NCBI GenBank assembly: GCA_038087875.1
Contig: CM075999.1
Location: forward strand, 3,908,001-3,972,000
From: Malacoraja senta
Lineage: Eukaryota
Length of the DNA stretch: 64,000 nt
Direction: 5' to 3'
Part shown: one piece after another, positions 23,201 to 36,850 of the stretch
Position numbering within the stretch: the stretch's first letter is position 1
Layout of the letters: the number at the start of each line of letters is the position of its first letter
Made by a program: the position numbers and the translations under genes
The notes under the pieces: model-generated
Databases searched by the model: none
The model's input: the letters and a program-made list of their open reading frames with translations, nothing else
Told to the model about the DNA's origin: nothing

Positions 23201-26200
23201 ACTAGTGGAATAGACTGATAAAGTTTAACGTGGTGAAAGGTGAGGTGATACATTTTCATAGGAAGAATGAGGAGAGGCAACATAGAATAAAGAATATTTC
23301 CAATTTGAAATAATATTCCTCCCCCCACTCTCTGTCCCTTGCACACATGCCTTCCACCATCTAGACCCCCAGATATTACTCTGTGGACTCTTAGGTCCCA
23401 CCAAGAGCTTCTGTTTTTGCTCTAGAATTACGCTTATTGATTTATTGAATTAAAAAAATAGATTTTATATATCTGTGTATATTGCATTTACAGGCCTGTT
23501 GAGATGTTGCAAGTAACAGTTTCATTCTTCTGTTGTCCATACATATGACAATTAAACATTCTTGACTCTTGCTCCTTTCCCCTCAACCGTAAGGAATCCC
23601 AGGGATGATTGGATTAACATATGATGAGCGTTTGACGGCTTTGGGCCTGTACTTGTTGGAGTTTAGAAGGATGAGGGAGGGCCACAGAGGGAGGTGAATC
23701 TGTGGAATTCTTTGCCACAGAAGGCTGTGGAGGCCAAATTAATGGATATTTATAAGGCAGGGATAGATAGATTCTTGATTAATACGGGTGTCGGGTTATG
23801 GGGAGAAGGGAGGAGAATGGGGTTAGGAGGGAGAGATAGATCAGCCATGATTCAATGGCGGAGTAGACTTCATGGGCCGAATGGCCTAATTCTCTCCCCT
23901 ATCACTTATGAATATGTAAGCTTATCTCCCATCCCCGTGTTCCATTTATCACCCCCCCCCCCCCCCCCCCCGACTATTCCCTTCCACCCATATTCCTACC
24001 CTTGGCTTTACGGGGTTTCACTCTCCTTATATAATATCCTTGTGTCTCCTTTCACTTCTAACCTTTCGTACTCCACCCATCTGCCAATTACATCCATCAC
24101 CCCTCACCTGTATCCACCGATCACTTCCCAGGCTTTGTCTCACCCCCACCTCTCTTTTCCAGCTTTATCTCCCCAATTCTAATCCATCTGAAGAAGTGTC
24201 CTGGCCCAAAACATCGCCTATCAATTGCCTGCACAAATGCTGCCTGACCTGCTGAGTTCCTCCAGAACTTTGTGTTTTTTATAGAGAAAAGAAATTGGTG
24301 GAGACAGATCCCATTATGGCCTACAAGAGGGACCTGGATGATTTTATAGTGGAGTAAAGAATGGAAGGCAACTGAGAAAGGACCAAGGAATGGAATAGTG
24401 AGTTACGTCTGTAGAGAGCTAGCAAGGACATGATGGGCAAAATGGCTTCCTTTCGGCCATTCTATCATTCATTGATTCTAGGAAGCACTGCACCGATTTT
24501 GATTTGATACCATTAAGCAATTATCAGATTGAATATTAATATTGCCACACACTATGCTGCGGCTAATGAAGCCATCATTGTACATGTGATCAGGGCAGTA
24601 ACTTCACAGCTTGTAATATTTCTTGCATGAGCTAGATCTAAAATTCCTTATTTGAAGAAATGGCAACTCCCCAGCTTTTTCTACTGACTGGTGTTTGAAA
24701 ATTTATTATGACAGGATTTATTTTCATCTTTGTCAGATTGCAGGAATGGACAACGTGCACAAAGTATCTAAAACCCAAACATCTCAAGCACTCTGTCCTG
24801 AAGCTGATAAAAGTGTTGACTGTTCGCTGATCGAGAATGATGAACCAGTAAAAGATTCTTGTGAAGGCAGGAATCCCTCCAGCGGACAAAATGCTCCCAC
24901 GCAGCTTGTTGCCAGCGCTCTGAGTACAGACACCAGTTCACACTGGGAGGCAGCACAGACCGAAGGTGTGAGTGCACTGTTTGAGACAGAGGAAGCATCC
25001 TGTGCAGATGGTGCTGAGAGGAAAGTCCTTGAGAGCTGCACCACAGTACTGTCAGCATGTGGTGGCACAACACTGGAGCATGCATCTGCTGCTGGCATCG
25101 CAAGTAAAATGCAAGATGCAAAGAATGGTACGCTAATGATAAGACTTTGTTAAATTAATAGACCAATGGTTATAAAATGTTTTGCAATGTTAATTGTTTG
25201 CACCAAGGTTGCAAATACTTGGAAAAGTTTTGTGCAGGGAGGAACTGCAGATGCTTTGGTTTAAACTGAAGACAGATGCAAAAAGCTGGAGTGGGTCAGA
25301 CAGCATCTCTGGAGAAAAAGAATAGGTGGCGTTTCGGGTTGAGACCCTTCTTCAGATTATGGGTAGTTTTTTTGCTTCAATTTTGAAACTACTGAGGGGG
25401 AAGTTGTATATTTTGCTGAGGTGACAGGATAAGAAAACAATTCTGCAGATAGGTGATCAAATGTTTCTAAAACCTTATTTAAATCAGATCAAAAGTTCTA
25501 AGGATCTATTCTGCTATAAAGTCATTTTAACTTTTGTGCCTTATCGCCGATTCAACCATACTACCTTTCAAAAATGAGAGTATATTTTAAAAATAGGATC
25601 AAACCTCTCCTAACTAACTTTAAAAATTGTTGGTGATTGGTATAAGAATAAGGTTCAGAAAAGATTAATTCTGGGGAATATTGACGTTTGATTCCACAGA
25701 ACCTCTGTATAAATTGCAAAGGAAAGAGATGCCCACAGCATATGAGGATCTTCAGAACTACAGAAGCAGCCTTGCGATGGAACTCCTGTGGCTGCAACAA
25801 GCCATTGCCAGCCGTAAAAAAGTAAGTAATAAATTGATGCAAGATTGAGAGTGCACCCAGTCAATAGGTTGGTATTTGAAAACGATCCTGAATGAGCTTC
25901 GGACAATGTATCTAGCAATGGAATAGTGTAGGGGAACCAAGAACCATAGGAGTGTAAAAGAAGGAACTGCAGATGCTGGAAAATCGAAGGTACACAAAAA
26001 TGCTGGAGAAACTCAGCGGGTGCAGCAGCATCTATGGAGCGAAGGAAATAGGTAACGTTTCGGGCCGAAACCCTTCTTCAGACTGATAGGGGGTGGGGAG
26101 AAGAAAGGAAAAAAGGAAAAAGGCGGAGGAGGAGCCCGAGGGCTGGGGGAGGGGAGGAGACAACCAGATGGCTGATGAAGGGGAGGGGACAGCAAGGGCT

Positions 26201-28388
26201 AGCAGAATTGGGAGAATTCAATGTTCAAGCCCCCAGGATGTAGACTGCCCAGGCGGAATATGAGGTGCATTTCCTCCAATTTACGGTGTTGCTCGCTGTG
26301 GCAATGGAGGAGACCCAGGACAGAGAGGTCAGATACGGAATGGGAGGGGGAGTTGAAGTGCTGAGCCACCGGGAGGTCAGGTTGTTTATTGCGGACCGAC
26401 CGGAGGTGTTCGGCGAAACGATCGCCAAGCCTCCGCTTGGTCTCACCGATGTAGATCAGCTGGCATCTAGAGCAGCGGATGCAATAGATGAGGTTGGAGG
26501 AGATGCAGGTGAACCTCTGTCGCACCTGGAACGACTGCTTAGGTCCCTGAATGGAGTAGAGGGGGGAGGTGAAGGGACAAGTGTTGCATCTCTTGCGGTT
26601 GCAAGGGAAAGTACCAGGGGAGGGGGTGGTATGGGAGGGAAGGGAAGAATTGACAAGGGAGTTACGGAGGGAGCGGTCTTTGCGGAAGGCAGACATGGGG
26701 GGAGATGGGAAGATGTGGCGAGTGGTGGGGTCACGTTGGAGGTGGCGAAACTGACGGAGGATCACTTGTTGTATGTGACGGCTGGTGGGGTGAAAGGTGA
26801 GGACTAGGGGGACTCTGCCCTTGTTGTGAGTGGGGGGATGGGGAGAGAGAGCAGTGTTGCGGGGTATGGCAGAGACCCTGGTGCGAGCCTCATCTATGGT
26901 GGAGGAGGGGAACCCCCGTTCCCTGAAGAATGAGGACATTTCAGATGCCCTGGTGTGGAACGCCTCATCCTGGGAGCAGATGCGGCGTAGACGGAGGAAT
27001 TGGGAGTGGGGGATGGAGTCCTTACAGGAAGCAGGGTGGGAAGAAGTGTAGTCCAGATAGCCATGGGAGTCGGTAGGTTTGTAGTGGATGTCGGTAAGGA
27101 GTCTATCACCTGCGATGGAGATAATGAGGTCAAGGAATGGTAGGGAAGTGTCGGAAATGGTCCAGGTGTATTTGAGTGCCGGATGGAAGTTGGTGGTGAA
27201 GCGGATGAAGTCAGTCAGTTGTGTGTGGGTGCAGGATGTGGCACCAAAACAATCATCGATGTAGCGGAGGTAGAGGTCGGGGATGGGGCCCTGGTACGCA
27301 TTGAACACGGAACCATAGGACATGGGTTTACAGTAAGAGGGGAACATTTTAATAGGAACCTGAGCAGATGGTGGGTATATCGAACAAGCTCTTTCTCCCA
27401 CATCTCAAAAACGTGCAGTTTTGCAAGTTAACTGGCCCCGAAATAAATTGCCCTGAGTGTACAGATGAATGATAGAGTCAGGGAGATTTTGATAGAAATA
27501 TGGGGAAGAGAGACTGCAGGAAAACATTGATTGTGGGATAGCATTGCTCTGTGAGCCAGCATAGGGGGTCGGGTGGCCCCCTATGTCAGAAGGAAGCACG
27601 GTATAAAAATATACCGTGCCATTTGCCATTTAAAGACATAAGCAGCTCTAAGTCCTGACCAGCAGCTCAGCTGGATGGTCAGAGGCTGCATGTGATGTGA
27701 GTGATTCACCTCTTCGTGGCAGTGAGACACAAGTTAGGAGTCTGATGGGATGCTCTCTACTTGCCTGGGTGAATACAGCTAAAAGCACACTCAAGACGTC
27801 TGACACCATCAAGGCAAAGCAGCCGACGCGATCCCCATCCATCCCTTCCACATCAGTGCAACATGAGTGTACTATGTACCAATTACAAACCCGGTTAGGC
27901 TAATCCATCCTCTCTTCCATACACCTACTCTTTACCGCAAGGACAGCATTTACATGGGAATGCCACCAAGTGCCACAGCAAACTGACTTGGAAATATATT
28001 GTCAGTGCTGGGTCTAAACTGCCAAAGAACAGCACCTTCACTTGATTTCTTACCAACTCCTTCTCAAGGGATGTTAGAGATGGACAATACTGAAATATGA
28101 TGATTCGGGACAGAAACAACATCCTTCTGTCCATTCCCTCCACAGATGCTGCCTGACTCACTAGGTCCCTCCAGGGGATGAAGATTCCAGCATCTGATGA
28201 AGATACCAGCATCTAGTTCCTTGTGTTTCGACTATGCCATTTTGTTTGGTTACCCTATTTTGCAATAATGCTGCTAATTTAGAGGTGCTGGTTAATTTAA
28301 AATAGTTTTGTTTGAAACCAAATCACGACCTTATTTTCCTTCCCAGTATCTGATACTGAAGCAAAGGCTGGGAGCTCCAGAACGATGA
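17250..28388 (+). CDS. iqcc: IQ motif-containing protein C, spliced CDS: join(17250..17285,20269..20412,24737..25127,25700..25821,28347..28388), 244 aa
   Basis: GT-AG exons (36+144+391+122+42=735 nt) in frame; IQ motif LQAYGRGYLIRKKF and the block LAMELLWLQQAIASRKKYLILKQ match recalled vertebrate IQCC. Confidence 0.92.
18700..18980 (+). mobile_element. CR1-type LINE 3' fragment
   Basis: Similar to 9030-9380, with deletions. Confidence 0.75.
20057..20131. repeat. Tandem duplication of ~37 bp
   Basis: AGCTCTTTAGTT...GATATCAAATTTGTGTTATGAAA present twice. Confidence 0.8.
20269..20412 (+). CDS. iqcc: iqcc exon 2 (AYGRGYLIRKKFRSLRQDYESIVNEIEGGLDMLEWDGKVLPRPKFRNQ)
   Basis: tttttgtag acceptor, gtatgt donor, 144 nt. 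Confidence 0.94.
21337..21650 (+). mobile_element. tRNA-derived V-SINE (HE1-like), full length
   Basis: Pol III A box TGGCGCAGCGG, B box GGTTCGACC, central GGAGTTTGTACGTTCTCCCCGTG...GGTTTTCCTCCCAC, (CTAAA)n tail. Confidence 0.85.
23595..23910 (+). mobile_element. CR1-type LINE 3' fragment
   Basis: NLWNSLPQKAVEAK plus 3' UTR. Confidence 0.75.
24737..25127 (+). CDS. iqcc: iqcc exon 3 (low-complexity acidic/Ser-rich linker)
   Basis: tttgtcag acceptor, open frame (ORF 24695..25153), G|gtacgc donor; phase 0 to phase 1 fits neighbours. Confidence 0.8.
25700..25821 (+). CDS. iqcc: iqcc exon 4 (EPLYKLQRKEMPTAYEDLQNYRSSLAMELLWLQQAIASRKK)
   Basis: ttccacag acceptor, gtaagt donor, conserved LAMELLWLQQAI block. 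Confidence 0.94.
25952..27309 (-). mobile_element. Young 5'-truncated Penelope-like element in iqcc intron 4; open RT-C/GIY-YIG frame of ~370 aa
   Basis: ORF 26199..27401 is uninterrupted; flanked by direct repeat GAACCATAGGA (25941-25951 and 27310-27320). Confidence 0.95.
26054..26081 (-). ncRNA. Minimal hammerhead ribozyme-like core at PLE terminus
   Basis: Reverse complement reads CTGAAGAAGGGTTTCGGCCCGAAACGTT. Confidence 0.7.
28347..28388 (+). CDS. iqcc: iqcc terminal exon 5 (YLILKQRLGAPER*)
   Basis: ttttccttcccag acceptor; TGA at 28386-28388; AATAAA at 28462-28467. Confidence 0.9.
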   Translation, partial: YLILKQRLGAPER

Positions 28389-28461
28389 TGTGGTTTCAGA
28401 TTTGGAAGCACCGCAAGAACTGTAAGAAACAAAGTTGAACATAAACCACTTCTTGCTGTTA

Positions 28462-28467
28462 AATAAA
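28462..28467 (+). terminator. Candidate polyadenylation signal AATAAA for iqcc
   Basis: AATAAA about 75 nt after the stop codon. Confidence 0.5.
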
Positions 28468-31400
28468 AAATGAACAAGCGATGACAGTAGTGAAGATGTG
28501 GAACAGACTTGCCTGCGATGAACCCTGTAGCACAGTGCTTGCTGGAAGCCTGTACCGCAAAAGGAAAGGTTTAAAGAATGTTATTATCCTTAATGCACCT
28601 TTGAAGCCATGGTGCTATTTTGTAGCGTTCCTGCGTTATAGTAGTCTGTTTCATGATCATGGATCTTTACTAATCCTGTTAAACTCCCAGCCGTAATTCA
28701 ACACTTTAGAAATGTATCTTCCCTTTAATCTAATATGCCAATTGTTTTGTAGCTGGTTTGGACTAGAGCACCTATCACCGATCTTGGCATCCATCCATCT
28801 ACATAGAGCTCCAGCTCCACCATCCATCAGTTTGTAAAGGACTGCCCTCTGTTAGCATGGTTTATTTTACAGAGGACATACCTACCAAAGGTTAAGATGT
28901 TGCCTCTGTATTTCTAAGACTTGTATCTTGCTCAGACTAGATGTGGATTATCAAGCTTAATAACATTAATTAAGGAGGAGGTAGGGGGGGGGGGGGTTGT
29001 GAGTTGTGGGATGAACTTACCCAGTGTTTTTTTGTATGCAAAAAAGGTTACAGTACGCATCTCATTCCTTGCTGTTGGTGTAAATGTTGGATCGCCATCC
29101 CATAAGCTGTTTTTTAAGGGCCTGGCTGACTAATTTAATTAATACATTTAATTTTTAAACTTTAGTAATCTTTTTGTAATATTAAAATTCTAAAAACTTG
29201 ACAATCTAGATTTTTAACTTTTTAGAGGTGCCAGTATGCCTTTACAAAAAATACTGAATTTAGCAGAGATTTTTCTATAAAATATGTGCCTGGATTTCTT
29301 TAGTCAGGTTCTGATTGCTTCCTGGGGTGACTGCACGGAATAGAAACGAGATATTTCCCAAAGGAAATAAAAGGATCAAGTGCCTGTTGTACTTAGTTCT
29401 CCACACTTTAAAAAGCAGAACCCTGAGTATAAGCCTGGAATGAGCTGTTCTTAGGCAAGTCCTTAAATAAGGACCATAAATCAAAATAAATTGTCTGGGT
29501 GTTGTTTTTTTAGAATACTGTTGAACGGTGTCAGATGTTGTTATTTTGTATATTTCCTGTACCACTACTCTGTTGCACAACCTTCCCGCTGTGCGCGATT
29601 TATCCATGAGAAAAATTCGTTAAAGTATATTTTTACATTAAATTTAAAGTGATTTTCTTTCTTCTGTTTGCATCCCTCACCTGCACGTTTTATGAGTAGC
29701 AATAATCTCGATCTCCATTCAAGCACAATTCTTTTAAAAATAATAAAGGATTTCAGTGTTCCCAGTTGTCAAACCTCAGTTGAGATTGGTAATAACATTT
29801 TGATCACTATTGCATTGCCAAAAGCACCAACAAAATATTTCATCTCATGGCATTGGTCTTATAAGCTAGTCTGTACAGGCTGCAAAATGATTAGTGCAGA
29901 AGATACAAAAGCCTGAAAGCATGTACCACCAGATTCAGGAACAGATACAGGAACACAGCTGTTAGACTACTGAACACCCTCCCATAACCGTGGCGGTCGT
30001 CCCAATCTTCCAACCTACCTCACTGCAGACCTTGTACTTTTTGTATCTACACTTTCTCTGTAACTATAATGCTATAACACTATATTCTGCACTCTGGTAT
30101 TTTTCACCATGTTGTACTTGTGAATGGCTTGAATGTACTTGTGATTTGACTGGATAGTACGCAAACAAAGCATTTCCCCATGTCTCGGTACACGTGACAA
30201 TAAGAAACCAATGCCACTCGTGTAATATTAGGCTGAAAGCCAAAGTACAAACGTCCAGCGTTGCCTCTCTTGGTTGATGCCCATGGACATCGAGTCGAGA
30301 GTGTTTTATTGCCAGATGTACCGACAGCGGAACAATTTAATTCTTATTTGATGCAGCTTTACAGGCCCCTTAACATAATATCTGATTTGATTGGATATCT
30401 CGCAAAACAAAGCTTTTCACTGTACCTCAGTACACATGACAATAATAAAACTAAACCTAATGTTACGCAAATAAGTAAAAATAATACAATAAATTAATAA
30501 TACTAATATTTTTTACCCTTGCTAACCATGAAAATAGAACCTTACAACACAGGAACAGGCCTTTTGGCCCACATTGTCCATGCCGAACGTGATGCCAAGT
30601 TAAACTAATGTCCTCTGCCTGCACGTTCAGATGTGATAGGGGCAGAATTAGGCCATTTGGCCCATCGAGCCTACTCCGCCATACAATCATGGCTGATCTA
30701 TCTTTCCCTCTCAACCTCATTCTCCTGCGTTCTTGATTTATATCCCTCCATTCCCTGCATATCCATGTGCCTATCTAAAGCCTCTTAAACATCACTATCA
30801 TATCCTTCCACCACCACCCCTGGCAGTGTGTTCCAGGCACCCACCATTATCTGTGTCATAAAACTTGCCCTGCACATCACCTTGAAGCTATGTCCTCTAG
30901 TCCGTGACATTTCCACCCTGGGGAAAAAGGTTCTGACTGTCTAAAAAGTAATAATTTGAGGTTGGGTGGAAGATGCCTCTTTTGCAGATTTGAGTATATT
31001 TTATCCATTTATGGTGTGGTTGAGTATTCCTAGGTCAGGTATAGAATAATCGGTTAACTTTCAATTACCGCTGCCCATTAGAAATCCCCATGGCCTTGGC
31101 TGGTTATCCACTAGGGGGCATAAAGCGACCTTGTTTAGATTTGCACTACAATATATAATTATATTCAGATTATTCCAAGTGTTAATTGCTCTTATAATAC
31201 ATTCTTAAAAACACATTTTTAGGCCTATTTGTAAAAATTTTGACCAGCAATTTGAGAAAAATAGACACAGGAAACTGCAGATGTTGGAATCTTGAGCAAA
31301 ACACAGTGCTGGAGGAACTCAGCGGGTCAGGCAGCATCTGGGAATGGACAGATGACGTTTCAGGTTGGGACTCTTCTTCAGACTGATGGAGTAGGGGGAA

Positions 31401-31869
31401 GAAAGCTGTGAAAGAGAGGTGGGGCAAAGCCTGGCAAGTGATAGGTGGCTACAGGTGATAGGGGGATTGGCAGATTAGTTGAAATTAATCGGTGAGGAGA
31501 ACTTTCAAAGAATTCCTGAGAGTGTTAAGACTGGGATTTACAATATGATGCTCTTGTCCTGTTTCCACTGGCTTCACTGTGGCTTAGAGAATCCAAAGAC
31601 ATTACCATCATGAACTATTTCTAGAATTGACCTACAACATGGAAAAGCTGACTGTGGTTGGGACCCAAGGCATCAAGCAGAACTATTAAAAATAGTGGTA
31701 GGCAGATAGAGCCACAGAGCTGTGCAGCACGGAAACAGGCCCTTCAGCATGCCAATCCGGTTGACATACTGCCCTAATCCTATTGGCCTACATTTGCCCA
31801 TATCTCTAAACCCCTCCTATCCTTACATCTGTCCAAACATCTTTTAATTGTACCTACTTCTATATCTTC

Positions 31870-32250
31870 CTCTGGCAACTCATATACAAAACAAAAACTC
31901 TAAAACATTCTCAATACATTCCTCATGGTATGTCTACTCAATACACTCAATATTGCTAGTGTTATACCTAGTTGAGTTAGCATCTCTCTCTTTCCTTGAA
32001 CAAAAGACCCTCACCTCTCATGTGGCCCCCCCGGGGTGATATCTCGTCCCTTGTGTGAGGGGGTGTCCCCACCGGACTCTGACCCCAATGTCTAGCAGTG
32101 GAAGGACCCTAGACTGTGGTCCTCCCACCAGAGCCTTGGCGTTGGCTGCACCGAGCTTTGGTGCATCCCTCAGCACGTACACCTGCAGTCTGGAGCGGGC
32201 CAGTTGGCAACATTCCCCCATGGACATCTCGCTCTGCTGGGACCAATATT
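31870..32250 (-). mobile_element. L1/Tx1-like LINE 3' fragment
   Basis: ECCQLARSRLQVYVLRDAPKLGAANAKAL resembles recalled Tx1 ORF2 C-termini; followed by a 3' UTR-like tract. Confidence 0.55.
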
Positions 32251-35200
32251 AAGAGCAAATTCAGTAGAAAACTCAAGTTGATTTTACAATTGTCCTGCAA
32301 ATATGCCCATCGCTTTTGAAGTAACAAAGAAGCCAAAAGTACAAATGTCATTCCCAAGAGTCCAACATACCAAAACAGGGTGCTTGCTAACTTCCCAATG
32401 GACCTGTGGGAATCAATGGTGACAGAGAGACCACAAGCAGCAAGCTGACTGAAGTGGAGATAAGTGAAGTCTGTAAAGAATCACCTGGTGATTTCTCAAC
32501 CACCTGTTAATCAGACTGTTAATTATTTCCCAATTTAGATTGCACACGTAGTAAACACTAAACATAAAAGTCCATTTTCCCCCCACGTGTGTGAAGTTGC
32601 TCCTTATGCGATTTGCAAACCTGTTGAACGAGTCAAACATAATTCATCTGATTAATTTGAACAGACATGGTGCCAACAAAAGCCTTTGGAAACTCATAGC
32701 CGTCTAAATACTCCACACAATATTCGCAAGCTGTATTCCCCGTACATTACAACTTGCATTTCTGAATTCCACTTTACGTAGCTTCTGGCATTGTAAACAC
32801 GATCGGTCAAGCCAACTGTGGCAGTATGACTACAGTTGTAATAGATGTAGCAGTTAATCTTCACACACTAACTTCCGTAAATAACCATGTAATAATCACA
32901 GGATAAACTGCTTTTTAGTGGTTTATTGATGGATAAGCATTGGCCAGGACACTGGTGTGGGTTCCAGCACTCCCTGTGTCCAAACTCCAATTCGAAGCTT
33001 CTGCTCTGTCTAGGTTAATACCTTGAGAAGTGGGGGCAGCATCTCTGGAGGGAATGAACAGATCCACCCCCTCCTTTATTTTACAGCTCCCCCCCCCCCC
33101 ACTCATCAGTCTGAAGAAGGGTCCCGACCCATCTGTCTGTTCCCACCACAGATCCGCTGCCTGACCCACTGAGTTACTCCAGCTCTTTGTGTCTATCTTC
33201 GGTATAGACAAGCACCTGCAGTTCCTTTCTACACATGTTTATAGCCCTGTTGTACTGCTGCAAGTAGAATTTCTATTGTTCCGTATCGGGACATATGACA
33301 ATAAAACACTCTTGATTGCAGATGCTGGAATCTGGAGTCTGAGACAGGGTCCATCCCTCCGTCTCCACAGATGCTGCCTGACCTGCAGAGTTCCTCCAGC
33401 ACTTTGTTTTTTTGCTCCATATTCCAGAATCTGCAGTTTCATGTGTCTTTAGAAGAGAAATGCTGTTTCCAGACTTTGCCAACTATTGTAGATGCAAGGA
33501 ACTGCAGATGCTGGAATCTTAAGCAAAAAAACAAAGTGCTGAAGGAACAGATTCCAGCATCTGCAGTTTCTTGTGTGTTTCTCTGCTTTCCTCTTGCCTT
33601 GATCATGCCTGGATTAGCTGATGCAAATATTCAACTCAACCCCAGTAAACAACAAATATCATCACCACCCTGGCCATGCTCTCATCTCGCTGCTACCATC
33701 AGGAAGAAGGTACAGGAGCCTGAAAGCCGTGACCTCCAGGTTAAGAACAGCTTCTTCCCAGCAACCATGAGGCTCTTGAACGCTGCACAACACTGTGTCT
33801 GTGGTTCCACTACGGACTTCAGCCTTTACACTTTTACGGTCACCTAATATTGCTGATTATTTTTTTGTATTATGACTATTGTATGTTTATCTGTGTGTTA
33901 TTGCATTAATGGGCCTGTAAATCTGAAGCAAGTATGAATTTCATTGTTCTGTTGCTGGTACGTATGACAATTACACACTCTTCATTCTCGTAGGCCATGC
34001 ACTCGTAGACAGCTCCAGGGAAATAATCCCAAGATCTCATTTCTTGAGACTGAAAACATGCTGTTTATTATCATTCTAACTTGGCACCATTCAATATCTC
34101 TGAACATACAGGACTTGATTTAGGTAATAAATGTGCCTGTTGGAATCCAAAGCCATTTGTAACTGTTCACGCACCCGCAGAGGGGCAGTGCTATAGCAGA
34201 TTACAACCCCAGGCGCTCAAAGCGCAGGTTATCACTATTTATTATTAAAAGATGGAGTGATTTTTCAGAGTGCCTTAAGATGTACCAGAGATCTGTGGCG
34301 GATTGTCCTGGTCCTCTATGCAGCCTCTGCCCGGTACTGTCAGAGCCCCAGTCTGAGCCACAGTGCCAGGAGGTCGGTGTTCCATGTCCAGTTTGGTTCA
34401 TCTTATTGTCACGTGTACCGAGGTACAGTGAAAAGCTTTTTTGTTGCATGTTATCTAGTCACATGATTACAATCATTACGTCCACAGTGTGCAGATACAG
34501 GATAAAGGGAATAATGTGTAGTGCAAGATAAAGTCGATTAAAGATAGTCCGAGGATCTCCAATGAGGTAGATGGTAGGTCAGGACCACTCTCTAGTTGTT
34601 GGTAAGATGGTTCAGTTGCCTAATGACAATCTCCTCACAATAAGGGGCGTCAGAGGCTAATGAGATTGCTGATGGGCTTATCCTTTATATATTTTACCTA
34701 ACCATTGGGCTTTCATCCCTGAAGCCCCTGGAGCATCCTAGAGCAAAGAAACAGGCCCTTCGGCCCGCATTGTGAATGCTAACCAAGTTGCCTGCACTTG
34801 CCCCATATGTCTCATTTGGCCCATATTCCTCCAAACCCTTCCGATCCATATATCTGCACAAGTGTCTTTTAAAAGACGCAATTATATCCACTTCTGTAAC
34901 CTCGTCTCTCAGCCCGTTCCAGATGCAGACTACCATCTGGGTGAAAGAGTTGGGGGGGGGGGGAGGGGGTTACAAGGGGCAGGGAAATCAGCCTTCAATC
35001 CTCCATGCAGCTTGCACCACTGCATGGAGGGACACGGACACAGGAGACAAAGCACACAGTATCTGATGCAGAACCCGCCACCGCCGTGCCAGGCTTGTGT
35101 TCAAAAGCTCTCAGGGGGAGCTGAATATTTGCACTTTGTTGATGTTGAGTTGATTCCTGCATTAGATTCATAAAGGATTTAGGTTTGCATTTAAACTGTC

Positions 35201-36279
35201 GTCTACTAATTAAAAATGAACTTGCACGTGAAGCTTGCAGTTTAAAGCTATCTCATCAGCCAGAGGAAGAATAATTTCCTTTCAGCTTTCCTCTATTACA
35301 GTATTTGCCTTAATGTACTGTTTTGAGACTGTTTCGAGATAACCGTAGGAAAACGCAGGCAGCAGCCTACGTTACAAGCACCAGTGATATGCCTGAGTTG
35401 GAGAGAGCTTAATGATATCACGTGAGTTTGGAAGAGAATTATCCATAACCGATCATCTATAAAGCGTATGGGGGGAGGAGAGTGTAATTAAGCACAGCTC
35501 AAAGCTGTCTCCTTATGTGTACACACTTGTTATGAATAAATTGTGGAGATGATTGTGATGTTTTACAATGCAGATTCATTAAGTGATAGAGAGCATTGCG
35601 TAGGGTGGGAGCTACACCCTGCCTCAGCCCCAGCCATCTTGTTCTCCCGGTGAGGGTAATTATTCACCGTGTGTTTGCCTCCCTCTCATCTCTCAATGCT
35701 CACATTTAGAGCTCACAGCTGACGGGGGCCACATTCGTCCACAAAAGCCACGGTCAGAATAAGTATCGCTGGAGGTGAAAGAGGTGTGGTTGGGAAAAAG
35801 TCTGCATGACAAAGGAGTCACTTCACTGCTCCCAGGGTCACCGAGGATCTCTTGCTGTTCGAGTGTTAGGCATGTGATACACAGCATCGCAGGGCTGCCC
35901 TAATGATTGTTCGAAGCAAGAATTTTCAATCGTAGCTCCAGCGATCTCCGCTGTGAGGCTGAGATTTAGAGGCGGAAGACTATTAACTTCTTTACACTGT
36001 TTTAATATTATTCCACGTCACTTGGACAGTGGTGGTGTGTGGGATAGGGGGATGCTTGTTAATCTACCAGACATGTCTACTCCAGTTTAGACTGGAATTT
36101 ATGTAGATTTAGGCTTCTCAAGTGGATTTCAACAACAAGGCCCCGTGAGTGGGGAGCATTTTGGAATCCAATTACTTATTTTTAGACACTATTACTCGCT
36201 TTTTCCTGAACACTCACTGCCAGGATTTTTAGATTAGTTTGTCGTAGTTTAAAATAGAAGATTGTTAATTCATTCAAAT

Positions 36280-36850
36280 CAAGAGACAAGAGCGTTTAGT
36301 TGTCATATTCACCGACAACAAAACAATGAAATTCATACTTGCTGCAGCTTAACAGGCCCATAAACACAATAACACAACAGATAATATAACATAATCAAAA
36401 ACGCAATGAATCAAAAATTGTAATACTAGGCAACCCATAACGGTGCAAAAGATGAATTCCGTAGAGCAACCACAGACACAGTCCATGTTAGATCACTGTT
36501 GCTGAGGTTAGTGTTGTGCAGTATTCAAGAGCCTGATGGTTGTTGGGAGAAGCTGTTCTTGAATGTGGTGGTCACGGTTTTCAGGCTCCTGTACAATTTC
36601 ATTCCTAATTGTCACTGTATGTCGTTGTCACTTGCGGGCGGAGCACCAAGGCAAATTCCTTGTATGTGAATACTTGGCCAATAAACGTATTCATTCATTC
36701 TTCCTGATGGTAGCAGCGAGATGAGAGCGTGGCCAGGGTGGTGTGGGTCTCTGATGATGCTGCTGCCTTTTTGAGGCAGCGCCTCCCGTTGATCCCTTCG
36801 ATGGGGGGGGTCAGAACCTGTGATGGACCGGGCAGTGTCCACCGCTCTCT
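36280..36850 (-). mobile_element. Rex1/Babar-like LINE 3' fragment with a nested short insertion
   Basis: DPHHPGHALISLLPSGR motif interrupted at ~36597-36698. Confidence 0.7.

Noticed and set aside
26265..26807. Plus-strand 180-aa ORF (and ORF 220..522)
   Set aside because: Antisense shadow frames of the PLE coding sequence
27310..27401. N-terminal part of ORF 26199..27401 as a real PLE start
   Set aside because: Lies outside the TSD, in antisense CR1-like flank; fortuitous extension of a 5'-truncated element
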